From Trichoplax adhaerens (taxonomy: Eukaryota > Animalia > Placozoa), in assembly GCF_000150275.1 (NCBI RefSeq), contig NW_002060945.1, positions 3,867,172-3,931,171 of the forward strand: a stretch of DNA of 64,000 nt. Reading direction: 5' to 3'. Under the pieces are notes generated by a model. That model had not been told where the DNA came from. It saw only the letters and a list, made by a program, of their open reading frames with translations, and made no database searches. This document shows positions 37,285-52,700 of the stretch, piece by piece. Numbering within the stretch: position 1 is the first letter of the stretch; every line of letters starts with the position of its first letter. The translations under genes were made by a program, and so were the position numbers.

Positions 37285-40200
37285 CTAAATGCAAGATCCA
37301 TCAATAGAATTCAATAGATCAATACATATAGTTTTAGCACAAATTGAAGTTAAATTTTTCTTAAAAAATAATTTATCCATAAATCGTGGCGAGATAAGTC
37401 GCATTGCTGGTAACAGCAACAATAACTTCGTGAAACGTTCCGTTCGTTCTTTTCTTCGATTGCGGCAGTAATTTTCAAGTAAGGATAGCATTCTATCATG
37501 ATGATTTCCGATATCTTCACGGCGGACTAGCATAGCATGACAACGATCTGTTGCACATTACATAAAATCCAGTTTTATTGGCAGTATAAAAATGGCTATC
37601 ATATTACATAAGAAACTAGCTTGAGATTATTTATACCACTGTTATCTATGATTACTAAATACGACTAATCTTGCGATTTTATTGCTATACTTTTGAAATA
37701 AACAACTACTATATTTAAATTAAGCATATTGCTCATGAATCTTATGAGAGCATACATAAACTACGAAGTAGATTTAAATGGGTACTACACTACGTAGATT
37801 TATTTTTGTGCCTCAAAATAAGGCTGTATGCATCTCGATTATAGGATATGTCTAATGCCACTTACCAGATCTTAAAAACAGGATCAACAGTAGAAATTCG
37901 TATTCATTCGAATCTAGTTGATAGCTGCTTAACTTAAAGTTAATATCCATCCATGTTCGGGTACTTAGAGTAATGTCTTTAATAATATCAGCACCATCGA
38001 AATGGAGATCAAGAGATGCTATAATATCCTCAGTATTGAAAGTAAATCTCCAACGGTTAGCGAAGATAATAAATAAATCAACCCAGTTATATTCTATTAA
38101 AGTACTCAGATCTCGCGATAATAACCAATTTAATTGTGATGAAGATTTGACCCATTTTACGACATTGTTTAAGAGTTCGATTGCATTTCGATAGCTACTG
38201 GAAACGATTAAATAGTTTGCTTGCATAGATGTTGGTAGCGGAGGAATTATAGAATTTGGATGGTATCTAAGCCTTGAGTGATGATAGAAATTAGGCTGAA
38301 TTGTTGATAAGGGTGCAGTAGTCGATGGCGTTGATGGTATAGAACTATAGCCTAATGGTGACACTGTTAGTGATGGCGGATAGTAGATATTAGTTAAACT
38401 ATTAAATGGGTAAGGCTGGCGATAGGAAATATCAGGTGGATTAGATCTACTGTTTGCTTGATTATTTGGCGATTCGTGTATTGATATTGTCATACGCGGC
38501 TGTTGATGTAATGAAGCAGCATGCACCGATAACATTTTATTTCTTGCAGAGCGTGGTTCACGTTCATTTTGCACAGCTATAATGGAAGTTAATAGAGAAT
38601 AATTTGAATACAATCTAATTTTAACAGCTTGCCTGTAGTAAATTATTGCAAAAATCGAATTTTACGTCAATCAGTTACGACAGTAACGTGAATTAGCTAT
38701 TACCTAAATATACTATCATATGATTTTTATTGATATTTAGTTATTACTATCTATCTGTTTATAAAGTCGTAAGTCAAGTTTACTGTAAAAATATGAGAAT
38801 TTAGCTAGCAAAGCGGTTAGCCCAAGGCTAGTTTACTACAAAAATAATAAACTTTGATATGCGCTTATTATCACAGTATAATACCAAGTGTGGATTGACG
38901 TGTAAACTATAGCGCATTTCGTACATAAGAAATAAAGGTAAAGTTACACGCTGGTTACCGTGAACATGGTTACAAATGTTGGACTAGGGTAAGACATACG
39001 GTACTCGCGTACATTAAAATAGCCATCGTATTATGCTAATATTGATGGAATATGGTAGTTGTAACGTCAGCTAGACCAAATTTTAATATCATATTTCCAA
39101 AGCTATTAATGTTTTACTTGCAACGAAATTTGTTTCGAAAACTGAGCTGTGTAAAATATTTAATTTATTATTACATTATATACGCGTAAAAGCTATCGGC
39201 ACTAGAAAGGCTTAAAAATAATGAATCTATAGTAATTTAAAATACATTTTCGGTTGAAATATCGTAACTATCAAGCTGTCATCTTCTTTATCACTACGTC
39301 ATCATAGGGTGATAATTATAATTACTATATTGAAAAGGCAACCCTTTCAACGTAAATTCATAATGGTATAGCAGTGATAGGGGCAGTTATTTGGAATGAC
39401 AGAAAAATTAAAATATGTCAAATCCTGTACATATGAAGACTTTAACCGACTACAATAATGGACTTACCATCTTTGTTCATATTTGCTTGCAGGCACTTTT
39501 TTAGACGACAGGCCTGACACTATACAGGATGAAAGAAATTATTATTTGGAAACTGGAAAACTGTCTGATAATATAATAATTATGGTAACTCATTTTTCTT
39601 TATATAAAGATATAATCAATATAGTATTCCCGGTATTAAAAATTCTGATTGTAAACTTACTAGCATTTTTTAATTAAAATTTAGTTTATACATATACCGT
39701 AAACGTATTGCTTAACACTTAGGTTTAATGCGTCTCTATATTTAACATTATGAGGACTTTATGGGTTATGCCAGTAAATATGTAATGAATATTTTAATAC
39801 GAAAATGGTATGGAGTTAGTTGATAAATTGAAGTTGAAGATATTATGAACATCGGAAAAATAATCTAGATGGTATACACAGTTTTATCAATGGTTCATCA
39901 TAAGTAGGAACATTACAAACGTTATAATGACTATGCGTAAATTAATCTATAAAAGGAATCATTTTGAGCTCTTCTTTCGCTCTTGTGATATATGATATTG
40001 ACATAGCGTTTATTTTTTATCACGAGTTATATACGCGACGTATTGAAATAAACGATCATGATATGTTACTTTTTCTATGATGTGATGTGACCAAACATAA
40101 TAAGTTTTACTAAATGTTACGGACTAAAGTTTGTACATTATTAAATATGGATAGAGTGAACGTATAAATGAAAGCTTTTCCTATAGTATACGGATCAGTA

Positions 40201-40811
40201 TCGCTTTAAGTGGACTGGCAAGGTTCACGCTGCTATTAGTTCACAAAACGTCTTAAAACTAACAACTTGGTTCATTTTCCTTTTCGGACTCCACTGCAAC
40301 CATCGCAAGCAAATATTCCGTAATGTCTACCTAATTGTAGAGCAATAACAGTGTAGAATTTAAGTACAATATTAAAAGGTATTAGATTATAAATGTTCTC
40401 ATTACATTATCGACGGGTTACTAAAAGTATAATCATATATGCTGGAGTTATATATGTATTACATGAATTCAAAATAATTTCAAAATAAATTTATAATAAA
40501 TAATTTTGATAAGAAATCTTTCTGTCATTTAGTTAAAATACTACTATGCTAGATTTATGTTAAAGAACTTGTATAGCGCAAACGCCCATACCTGATGACT
40601 TATCTCCACAGACACGACAAATTGCAGTTTCTCCCTGAATTGGTGTCTCTATCGCTATTCCAGATATAACATACAAGTGCGATATAATAAAAGATGTTCA
40701 TTTCATTTGTGTGAATTAGACCGTATTAACTAGCATAATCTTATATCGACCAGATCATTAATGTATAAATAAGATATATTAGAATTAGCTATACGGATTA
40801 AACTTACGCAT
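37285..40811 (-). CDS. NR2E1: Nuclear receptor of the NR2E (tailless/TLX) type; middle of the DNA-binding domain not found
   Basis: Exons 40811-40808, 40654-40592 (CRVCGDKSSG), 40330 to about 40290 (RHYGIFACDGCSG), 39519-39468 (CQACRLKKCLQANMNKD), 38576-37866 (AVQNEREPR, hinge, LBD) and 37546-37285 (RFTKLLLLLPAMRLISP..LFFKK). The CDGCSG P-box, NMNKDAVQ and FFKK are TLX-like. Confidence 0.8.
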
Positions 40812-43800
40812 GACGTCAATTGAAATAAATGATTTAGACTGGATGTATGCAGTAAACTGATATAGCTGACTAAGGTAGCAGACGATTGATGATGATGATT
40901 TCTAATTAAATAAGGAATGGAAAAGTCGCTTTTCTACCGCTTTAAGAAAAGTTGGCAATTTTGACATTTAAACTTGAAAAATAGGTACTTGTAACTACTG
41001 AACGGTGCAATGATTGAGAATAAATAAGCAGATAATCAATCTTGGTGTGTATTTATACAGCAAAATTTTAAGACAATGAGATAATTGTGGTTAAATTAGT
41101 GGTTAACCAGACAATATTTTACGTGAATGATTTCTTGATATGTATAACGATACAGTAGCCTAAGAAGTATTTGCATCAACCAAAAGATTGATCTTGCATG
41201 CTATTGTTAATTTATTGTATTAGATGTTGATTTGTTTTGAAATGTTTTACCACCTGCAATAACAAATTCCAATTCAATATAGTCACCATATCATATTCTA
41301 GCCTTTTTCAAGTATAGTTTTCTTATCAATGACTACTAGATTTCATATCACGTTACATTCTCATCCATAATTATTCTTATGGGCAGCAGCTTCAAAATTA
41401 AATGTTAATGAAGATTCCATTTTTTGTTTTATTTAGGTGCATATTCTACATAAGTAGTAGATTTTGGTAACGAAGTTCTCTATATGATATTGAAAATGTT
41501 GATTATTAAATGTTTTTACAAATAATAAAATGGCTATAGATTAACTTATTTTGTAGTATTTTAATTAGTATGAGGCGTATTATCGCTTTATTATTATACT
41601 CTTGAAGAGGGACATAAATTCGAATGAAATCGCCATCAAGCTAAATTCCTATCATTAAAACGACAGCTTAAATGATTTGACTTTTTAATTCATTCTTAAA
41701 TCATGCATGCTTGATTAACTATTAATTCTGATTGATTCTAGGCTGAATAGCATTCAATTGATGTTAATGCATATTTTAATCATACATATCTGATAATCTA
41801 ACTTTGATTCTATTCTTATTGAATAACTTACATTTTTTATTGATATTGTTGAAGTGAAAGTATGCTTAAATACAAGAGTATTTAATTAATTAGCTAAATA
41901 CCGATATTAAATTCTATAATTCTATAGGTGATAATTTTGAGCAATCTCTGCGATGTCAGTGTTCGTATTATCTCTATCTAAGCAATATTTGCTTGAAATA
42001 AGGTAAAATTTGAAAAGTAGAATTCGTCATTTCAAGTAATTTTTAAAGCCATGCTGCATTAAACCAAATCGGATAATAAGGCTTTCAATTTTTTGTCAAT
42101 TAAAAACTATCCATTATTTCTCATAAAACTTTAAACAAATAATTTTGTAAACGTACGTTATCTATTTAAATCGCTTAGTAACTCGTCGCTATTGTCTCGG
42201 TACGGTTCAATTTCAAGATTGATATTCTATTTGCGTTAGAATTTTAGACTGAGATTACTTCTAAATTCAACTTACAGGCTTCAAGTAAACAGACGTTGAC
42301 GAAAAATTAATACGCGTGGCTCATACTGCCAACAGTGGCAATGTTTCTTTCTTTATTTATTTTCATGTTCTTATACAGCTTACAGATTATAGAGCTATGT
42401 CCTTATTTCCAACCAGAATCTCTACAATGAACTATATGTAAATCTAAATACTGTAAATGATTAATTTTCCTATTCGAGTATTAATAACTTAGAATTCTTT
42501 ATATGATTGTATACTATTGTGAGTATCAAGGGTTCTTAATCGTTGCATTAGGACATACTGCTTTCTTGACAATATAACAAGAAGGATTAGATTGAAAAAT
42601 CAGCAATTATTCTATGGTTGTTTGTTGTTAGATGAAATGATGATTTCATAACATCATTACTTCTATCCGATCTATTGGCCCTTTATATTGTATTTAATGC
42701 TATTTTGATTTGGCTTACTCATCTAGTCAATTGTTAGACTTTATTTTTATATTATTTACGATATTTGTATCATTGAATCACTTGGACATATTACTAAAAT
42801 AGACTGTAACAATCAATTTTCTTTTATAGCTTGTCATTACATTCTTCCTGTCCACGTACAGCCTGAATTACGAGATATCATGACTGAGATTTGGAATGAA
42901 CAGCTGAACACGGCTTCAAATGCTGTATAGTATAAGCATTGGTTATGGTAATAATTTAATCCTTTAATTTTGTGATAGATTACGATTGTTGCGCTATCAT
43001 CACTTGCGTAATCCAAAATAGCTATAAATTAACAAAATATTTTGTTACTGGCTGCAATTATAAATTTATATAAATCCAGAATACTCACTGAATAGATTAA
43101 TAGCATAAAAAATGAAACATGAGCTAGAGATTCAAGAATTCATAACATTAACATTATGTTTGCTGAGTCAATCTGATCTAATGAATGATTTCTTATTTTT
43201 GCCTTAAGGTCGTATTGATTATCTTGACGCATTAACGATTGATGTCATTTAATTATTGTATGCTAGAGGTCAAAAATAGAAAATTTATAGGTTCAGATTT
43301 TAAGATCGAGGCATTTTTAACCGGATACATTACTGAATTTGCCTTATATGCTACTTATAGCAATTATAGGCCGTTAAATGATTTAATTTAAGTGGCCTGA
43401 GGATATGTCGTATCTATAGAACCGTTGTTTATTGTCCATGTAAATGATACTAATATCAAAATTCTCGGAACTCGGAAAGCCTTGATTGGTTTTTCTTGGA
43501 TGAATAAAATCTTAATGAAGGACTTGGAAATCATATCATACAAATACACAATGCAATAGATTAGCATTTCTACTAAAAGTGATCTATATTTCCATATTAA
43601 AGAATATGCGAGAAACAAAACTGTATTCGTATATTCATATGCTTGGAAGACTATAAATTCGTTGAAATTCAGTTAGCTAAAAATTTAATACACTATTTCA
43701 CAATTACATATCCATCCAGTTTTAGTCATCATTCTGCAGGCTCAAGTGATTAGTAGGATGAAAGCAATGAAAATCGATATTTTCGGTCGGATTATACAAT

Positions 43801-46800
43801 ATATTAAAACGGTCAAAGTCAACATCAAATAACCGCAACTATTCCTAGTAACAATAAGCGTAATTACTATTAAGTGTAGGTAAATCAATCAGCAAGTATT
43901 GCCCACGGCAATTTTGATATAATTATGATGAAACAAAAGAGATGGAAAAAGATGAAGTATTACCCGGATTTCGGTTGTAGATACTACCGGTATAACAGGC
44001 CATAATGAAGTCAATTTAAGATTATCGAAAAAGGAAAAGTCTTTATCATCCTTGAAATTACACTTAGTGGATATTTATTAAGTTTTCGATCTTTATAAAT
44101 TAATAGCTGCATTACTTACTCTTATTTAGGCAAGTATGAAGTGATTATATAGGTACGTCTCAACGCTTGATTACCGTATAGTTACGTTGATGAACATTGA
44201 GTTGTTCAAAGCCGATATAGCATAGTATAGCGGCTGGGTAATCACAAAATAAATGACAAACTATAACCTGGATCCCACTTCTACGGAGTGTACTCAGTGT
44301 TTAGCTGCTACATCGAGAAAACTGTTTTTCAAGAAGTTACTTGTATACAAACAAATACATGTTTCTCATACCGCAAAATAAATGAAAGAATGAGAGCTGA
44401 AAATTATAAAGCTTGAAACTGAATCATTATTATAGATCAGTCAGTTGATTTAAGATTTGGTTATCTTTCGTGTTGCATTAAGCTTCTTTCAGCTAGCTAA
44501 TGGCATACTTTCTGATGACTATAAGTATTCATATTGTGTGTTTTCGTATCATGTTATATAAATGTATATAACAAGCTATCGAAATATTTACTAGACTGAT
44601 TTATGGATGTTTACATAACCTAGCATTAGAATGAGCTGGCGGCCTGAATGAAGTTAGAATTTAACAGTTTAGTTGGATGAGAAGAGATTGTATGTTCTTG
44701 GTTACAATATCGATGATTCCAAGATTACAGCGATCTATGGATTCGCTACTGTATAGTATTAGCCATGCTACAATCAGTGCGATACGCTATTCGTTGGTAG
44801 CTTCAGATTTGTATGGATTTTCTGGTGACTTTTTAAATTTGAGATATGCTCGTAAATAAATCAGCAATAGACTAAACATCGAACGTTATATAGGAACCAG
44901 TAAAATTATTTTACCCAAAAACGAAATTCTTTTCCGAAACGATCTAATTTGGAATCGAAGTTGTTCGGAAGTCTACCTTCCAGCACAGGTATATAACATT
45001 TTATACGGTAGCTGATCTGTAATCGAAACCATTTCCCGTAATCAAAATGGCTCTATAGCTACCATATTCTGCAATTCATTAATTGTGGCGTTTCTATTGT
45101 GAAATTAAAGTAGTGATTTGTTTATATAAAACATTACAGTCTGATATCTGTATTTAGCTGCAAAATTCTTGGATAACCAATTTTTTCTGATAATCATCAT
45201 GACCTTTCGTGTAACTCATATCGTAGTAGTCTGCAAGACGCGTAAACTTATAGTAGCGATTAATAGTATGGTATTGTATAATTTTATTGCTGTAAATTTT
45301 CAATTGGATTTTAACTATTCTTTTAGCCTGTTTATTGTTAGTATACTCGTATGCGGCAGCAATGTTACAGAAATATTTTGGTTAAGAATGATAACTATGA
45401 ATAGCAATACAATTATTATTGGATTCTCTAATTATTTATTATTATTGATTATGGCTATTAATATCTAATATGATATCATGTCTGTGATCAAAAAGAAGTT
45501 CATTACAGTTCGGATTTATAGTTTGCCGTTGAAGAGATGATAACATCAAACAACAAGTATGATCTTCTACGATGCTGCTAAGAACTGAACTCCAGAATTG
45601 CTCAGAATTGAGCAATCGTAATGCTTTTAAAATTTAATAATAAAAGATGATTGATAACAAAACAACAATAGTAACTTAATTCAGAGTAACATGTACCCTG
45701 GAGTTTATTGCTTTAGGCTTATAGTAACATTATTCTTCTCGAATTATACTATATCATTACCAGGTTTAATACCTACCCAATTATTGCTTAAATTGTATTG
45801 TTACCACCTTATCAGTACACATGTTTGTAATTAATGATACTCTTTTATTCCAGACAATACATTATAAGATCAGTAGGAAAATTTCGTGGGAAAACATCTG
45901 CATGAAAGTGATGGGGTTGGCTATTAATAGCATTCAAATTGCATCTTTATACTTATGATCGAGGCATTAAAAAATAACATTAAACGTCTTGATGTCTGAC
46001 AGTTTAATACATTGATGTATTAATTATTAATCATATGACGGCACAAACCTATTGCGGTAGTAATATAGTTTGAGATCACGATAAGAATATAATATTTTTA
46101 TGATATGGCCATTAAGGGTACAGTATACCACCAATCTAGCATATTTAGTATGCTAGTTAACGATTGAAATCTAAACTCCAAATTTAAGTAGCAGCACTGC
46201 AACATTTATTAAATTCTCATCAAGTGATCATATATAGCTAGTTGATGATATAGCAGGAAGCAGTAACCTTTGTTAAAAGCATAGTGGAAAATTTAAAAAA
46301 TCCTGGTCACCAAGACCTTCAACACCTATAATCTTACAGGAAATAAAATAAATATATTTATCAGATTTAAAAAATTTTTAATCATAAATCCCATTTATAG
46401 GACATTGCGTAATTCTGGTAACAGTAAACGGTAATTTCCAGTAAATTCTTATGCTAAGCACAGATAAATTTTAAATATAATGAAGTAAAATAATAATTTC
46501 TCAAAGTTCATACAATGAAATGATTTTTAATAGCACCTGTACTACTGTAAATGAGCTTTTATTAATAACTTGTTACAGCAATTTGCGGTGTGGAGAAAAT
46601 TTATTTGTTAGTGTTATCTAAACTTTAACAAATGCAATCGTGATGCACACGTAATTTTATATGAAACAGAATCTAGTAACTGAATGATCCCCCATTTATA
46701 TAGTTTAAAAAATGCAAGGGATGTATACCAAATTGATGTTATGTTTACTACATGATTAAGAACGAATTCAGCTATTCAAGATTATGTAATGCCATAAAAG

Positions 46801-49121
46801 AAAATTCAAAGAATTAAATACATCCTCAAGGCTAATTAAATCTTGATAAGAAAGTTAATTATATACGTATTGCCCTTTTAATACAAAACTTGACTATTGT
46901 TGCACTAGATGCACCTGGATTGTATAGCAACGTTATTACTTTTCCCTTAGCTACTGTATCCTAAAAGACGACATGAAGATTTCTATCGTACAGATTTTTA
47001 ACAGCTACTCTTAGAAACAGTAGCTAGATAATGTGTTTACAGTGTAGAAGATTTGATAATATTGTGATTACAAATCTACTTCATAAAGGAATCATATCTA
47101 GGAGAAAAAATAAAAGTATACGGCGCGATATGTGAGAGGCTATGGTTCAGTAGAATTAATGTTAAATTCTGTAGCAGGCTTAAGAACTTTAGAATTGATT
47201 TTTAAAAGTTGGTAAATTGGTATTTTAACAAATTGTAGTATATAAATTCGAGAAATAAATAGAATTAGATTTATTTAAATGATAAAAAATGTGCATTCCG
47301 AATGAAATAAAATACGTACTTGAAAATTATAATGAGTGATAGTTGAGTTTTGATTTGGCTCTTTCAAGTAATCTATAGTTATGATCACACTATAACACAC
47401 CCATTGCAGTTATAGTTTTTAGACTTACCTGGCTGACGTATATTATATTATCATATATATCAGGTTAAAATATCATTCATCGATATTCTCTCCTGAGTCA
47501 GCTTAAGAACTACTGACGTTAGCACTGGTATAGTTTTATAATAATAAGATACTAGTTTTTTTTGGTAAGGATGCACTAATCTTATCTTTACCTTAGACAG
47601 TTACATTGGAGTTATAAGCATTGATATCATACTTGTATAGCTTTAAAATAGATAAGATTTTTAAGGAACGCTCGCACATGCTCAATCTTCTTTGGTAGAT
47701 AAAAGAGGTACTTAAAAGTATTTTAGAAATGCATTGCATGAAAATAACTATCCTGTCTTTCGTATCTCTAATCTTAATACATAATAATATAGTGTTAAAT
47801 TAACGTTTTATCTTTCGCGTGTGAATGCGTAACAATTTGAGCATAAGGTATAGATAAAATTAAAGATATTATCACTCCTAGTCTTCTACATTTAGGAAGC
47901 TACCAGCTTAGACATCGATTGATTTGATTTACTTGCTAATATTGAAAGATGATGCAGCTAAAGCTGTAATATTAATGGTTCTCAAGAAAACGCAATGCCG
48001 TCGATACTCTATTGGACTAATAATTTATTGCACGAGCCACGTAACTGCAGGCACCGATAACTGGACTGATGTTTTACATACGAATACACAGAGATAGCGT
48101 GCAGGTACATCTACAATAGCTTAATCTACGGCTTAGGTTGTGGCATAATGTGTTGTATATAATATACACGGACATACCGTATATGTTCCTAATATGTAAT
48201 CTGTTTTTCGCATTTATGGTGATCTAAGATTCGACTTAACAATCCTGTACAGTATAGTTATTCCATGTGCTCAGTATAATAATATGGGCATGTAAATATG
48301 AAATATGTGAATTGTATCACTAATAAAACTCTACAGGATTAAATAATTGTTATAAGGCATAAATCGATAAATAAGACGCGATATTACGTTATCGGTGGTA
48401 GAGTACACATATGCTCTACAGCAAGAATCATGTCTTTACAATATACGCTCCTTAAGTGAATATATCTATACTTAAACTATTGCCTTAGTAAAGTATAGAT
48501 CAAAACGATGCACATAACGGTGTAGAGTTCAATGTTTGTGATCATGTAATTCATTATTAATTGAATTCATCAAACCCATAAATAATTACATCACAATATG
48601 ATACTTTTTCGACTTGTATGGAAATATAGTATGTAAAGCATGCCATCGTACGTTTAAAGCACTGTAAGTTATTAGGAATAAATACGGTATATTGCAAAAG
48701 CGTGTAAGATCCATTATCACTGGAGAAAACATGAAATAGCACGTACCTTGGACGTTATGAAGTCTCAATGGTTAACTACTAAACTTACCAAGGACTACCT
48801 GCCTTCAGTCTACAACTGTCTAACTTATTACATGAGAACGTACAATTTATATATACAATTCTTAAAATTTTACAGATTAAAACGAGTTTATTTAATACTT
48901 GTATTTGTTGCGGAGCGGAAGCTACTGTATTCTGTCATACGCACAGAGGGTGCAAGGCATGTCTTTAACTATTTCACGGTGTCTAATTTATTTGTTTTAC
49001 GATTACATCAATTAATGATTTATTATTTCACATTGTAGCACAGAATAGATCTACTAGGTCTAATAGGCCATAGCTTATATGTATATATAACATATATATA
49101 TAGTCGTATATGCATAATAGT

Positions 49122-49401
49122 TTCTGGATGTAAGCAAGGATGAAAATCTTTTAGTAAACATACTTTCATGAATGAATTTCGACTGCTAAAAAATTTCAAT
49201 TGGGATCATCGCCTAAACTGTTCAGAGCATTTGATTATATAGAATATAGAATATATTCAACTTATATTTAAATCTTACATACATAAACAGTCTCTGGATA
49301 TAGACAATGGAAAAATCTTTTAGTAAAGAATTTCAAACGGGATCATTGCTTCAACTGCTCAGGTTATTTGATTATCGTTAATTCAAGTTATATTTAAATC
49401 T
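49122..49401 (+). repeat. Degenerate tandem duplication, unit spacing about 170 bp
   Basis: The blocks tctggat, aaaatcttttagtaaa, aatttcaa..gggatcat, atttgattat and attcaaNttatatttaaatctt occur in the same order in about 49122-49276 and about 49292-49402. Confidence 0.8.
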
Positions 49402-49780
49402 TGTAATCATAGATAGCAGACATTGCTACTGCGGTCTACATTGTCATGACGCTTAACTTCATACGCATGCCTGCATATAGAACAAGGTCAACTTAGCCTT
49501 TTTAGCTTTCATACTATAGTTGATAGGATTATCATTCCTTCGACCCGCTGAGAATAGTTCACCAGTATATATATTGTAGCAAAAACAGTGCATAAATAAC
49601 TTTTTAAGGTAAATCAATAGCTAGGGTAGAAATTTCAGTTGTCGTTATAGATGTTACAGTGTATGCAGTCCCAGCTACGCAAAAGATAAAATGTTTCCGG
49701 TACACATAATTTACTGCATGTGGGCAGAATTAAAATTTAGGCGTAGACTTATTTAAATCTCTTTCCACGTCAATTTCCTT

Positions 49781-52700
49781 TCATGCACTGTTGATTACAT
49801 CTTTCAATAACCTTTCACTGTTAGTGACTGATGTTGTGGCGATCAAAAATTCAGTATCTAAAGAATTTCAGGAATTACATGATATAGCATTACTTTTTTG
49901 TACTAATCAAACGCTCTGACTGTTAAAAATTGGATTGATTGAATGATGCTATTTTTATCGTGCATTTTCACTTACTAAGCTGTTTTCCGAGAAAACGTAG
50001 AGCAGCTATTTCGGAGTATGTACAACCCCCAATGAAATATACCATAACAATGGGAGTTTGTCGATTTGCGCCTATATAAATCGATTAGTAAATTACTGAA
50101 TATAAGATACCTAAAGTTATGCATCATCATTGACGGCTAATACAGGTGAAGTTAAAAAATATCGACATGTTACATACTGATGGTAGATGCGTTGATAATG
50201 CAAGAACAGTCACAATTTAGAATTTTGCCAATATCATCATCATCTCTGAATGAATTTGGGAATGTGAGCACCTATAATAATTAATTATGGTACGATCAGA
50301 TATCTATATCTAGGTCTTCCCAGGACATTAAGATCGTTTAACCTTAACCAAAGCGATAATAAATCTATATAGTATTCTTACATGCTCAATTAATTTACAA
50401 CTCATCGGGGCATATTGACCGCCGTGAATGTATGCCATGCTTTTGGGCTTAGATAAATCAACTTCCGTCGGTGTTTTAGGAATCTAGTAAAAGCAAGATT
50501 TCTATTATAGACATTATATAATCTATAATTCTATATACGTAATTACAAGTTTACGCAAAGAAAGGCCAAGTTTTATTCAGACTTACTAAGCCCAGTTTCT
50601 TGCAAATGGCTTTGAATTTATTTTTTTTCTGTTAATTTTCATGTAATTATGTACATACAAAGTTTAGATTGAATAAAAGTCAAATATGAGAAGCGAAGGC
50701 AACATCTTAAAGCGATCTTTAAGATTAAACTTACGGTTGTTTGTTCCGTAAATAAGCCAGATTTTTTTAATACATACTGGGTAGAAACTAGCTTGTCGTA
50801 ACCGTGACTCTACAGCGGGGAAATATGGACATTAATAATGGATCATCTGTAATGTTTGTTTACGAACAGTACCAGTTGACATCTTGTCGCTTCGCTGACG
50901 GAGATACTACATTTAACTTTCTATTTTTAATATAACAATTAATGCAGTAGTAATATAACGATTTCTACCTGTAAAAACTGTAGCCATAGTGAATGATATT
51001 GAGCTGATGGTAGACCTAGAGTATATTAGGCAGGCATTGTGAAACTTTCTATTGTTATAATATTGCATGAAGGATAAATTTACCATCATGAGTGACGGAA
51101 TAGAGGCACATAAGTCTTAAAGCGGAGGTAATATCCTATAGAAAAGTTATAATATTTAATTTTCTGTATCACATTACACTGGATTATTTCTGTTACAGTA
51201 AACCAATCAGCAATAAAATTCGTCATTAAACGAATATCTAATTTCTGTTGAAAATATCAGAAACCTTATCTATGATACAAGTTTCAATAAAATCAAGGCA
51301 CTCTTTTTCATTCGTTCCAGCTAGCATATCTGTCATATCAATCAGAGTTGCCATGAACACTACTGTTCAAAATATACTCAAAATATCGACTATAAATCAG
51401 TGGTAATTTAAAGTAACTCTAGTGGGTCGATCATGCTACGTACAACTTTCTTGCGTTAGTAAGTATTCCAAATTTTCTTTCGTCTTTGTAGTCATTAAAT
51501 TTTCACACAATGATAAATCTGGTGGGTTTTTTGTAGTAATGTAATGAATTAATTACAAAAATAAATTCAGTGGCCGCTTTCATAGGAAATCACTAAGTGA
51601 TGCTTACGTCCAGTTAAAGATTTATGTTGACTTTGCAAATCCTTAAATTCGTTTCGTACGAAATCTTTTAATCCACTTACACTTTTGTAATCATGGCGTT
51701 TCTATTGTGATGAAAGAAATAAAGATTGTAGAATAATTATCAACATTACTATACGTATTTGATTGTATACAAACATCGTATCCTGATTGAATTTCTTTCG
51801 CTCGCTCTCGGATAATTCCGAAGACTGTAGTAATATGACTATCCCTAATGTTAGCAAAAATCTGAAGAAGACACACATAATGATTATAGTAATGTATCTA
51901 CTAAGATAGTACGAGTTAGGATTGCAACGCTTTAATTAAAGTATGTGGATGTACCTGGTCGCTGGAATTTAATAGCATTTTTATACTACCCTTTCCTACG
52001 TTACTGGACGGACCTAAGACAAGGTAACCTATAGAGTAGATCGATCAAATGCCGTAACAAAATATCAGTATCAATTAGCCACTACATATATTATCAGTAC
52101 AATAACTGAGAATTTCAACAGTGTAACCAAACTGACCGTTTTCGATACCAAATGTATCGTCGATGATTCCTTGATACGTAACTTGAGTTAATAGAGGTGA
52201 AATATAATCCACGTCTAATGGGCAAAGTAAAGTTAAATACAATCAGTTGTGTACGAATGCCCTAAATAATTTGATCATTGCCTGTTTTCTACTCGTACGT
52301 CTATTCTGTACTTGCCTCGATCTATCATAATAAGAGTATCAAGTTTCGTAGCAGATACATCTGCCATTACGTTAGGATCTGAATCTACGTTTTTGGCTAG
52401 GACTTCAGCTAAGTTCCATATTTTCTGTAATAAATTTCGTCAGAGTGTGCACATTACGGTAAGTCGTCACAGTACTTTCATGATAAAAGCGCTCGTCTCG
52501 ATTTACCATTTAACTGTAAAAATTATTTGTTACCTTGGAATAGTCTCCGATTGTGTAAACTCGATTAAATTCTCCAAACAACGATTGCGAGCTAACCAAA
52601 GATTGGGCTATACTTTTAATCCAGGATCGGTCACGATGCTATAAAAATTAGAGGGTCAATGTAATGTACGATTGCAATTATATTACAAAGGTCGATAACC

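Noticed and set aside
43388-45468. Hydrophobic ORFs suggestive of a GPCR remnant
   Set aside because: The I/F/L/N richness is expected from AT-rich DNA, and there are no GPCR motifs or splice chain.
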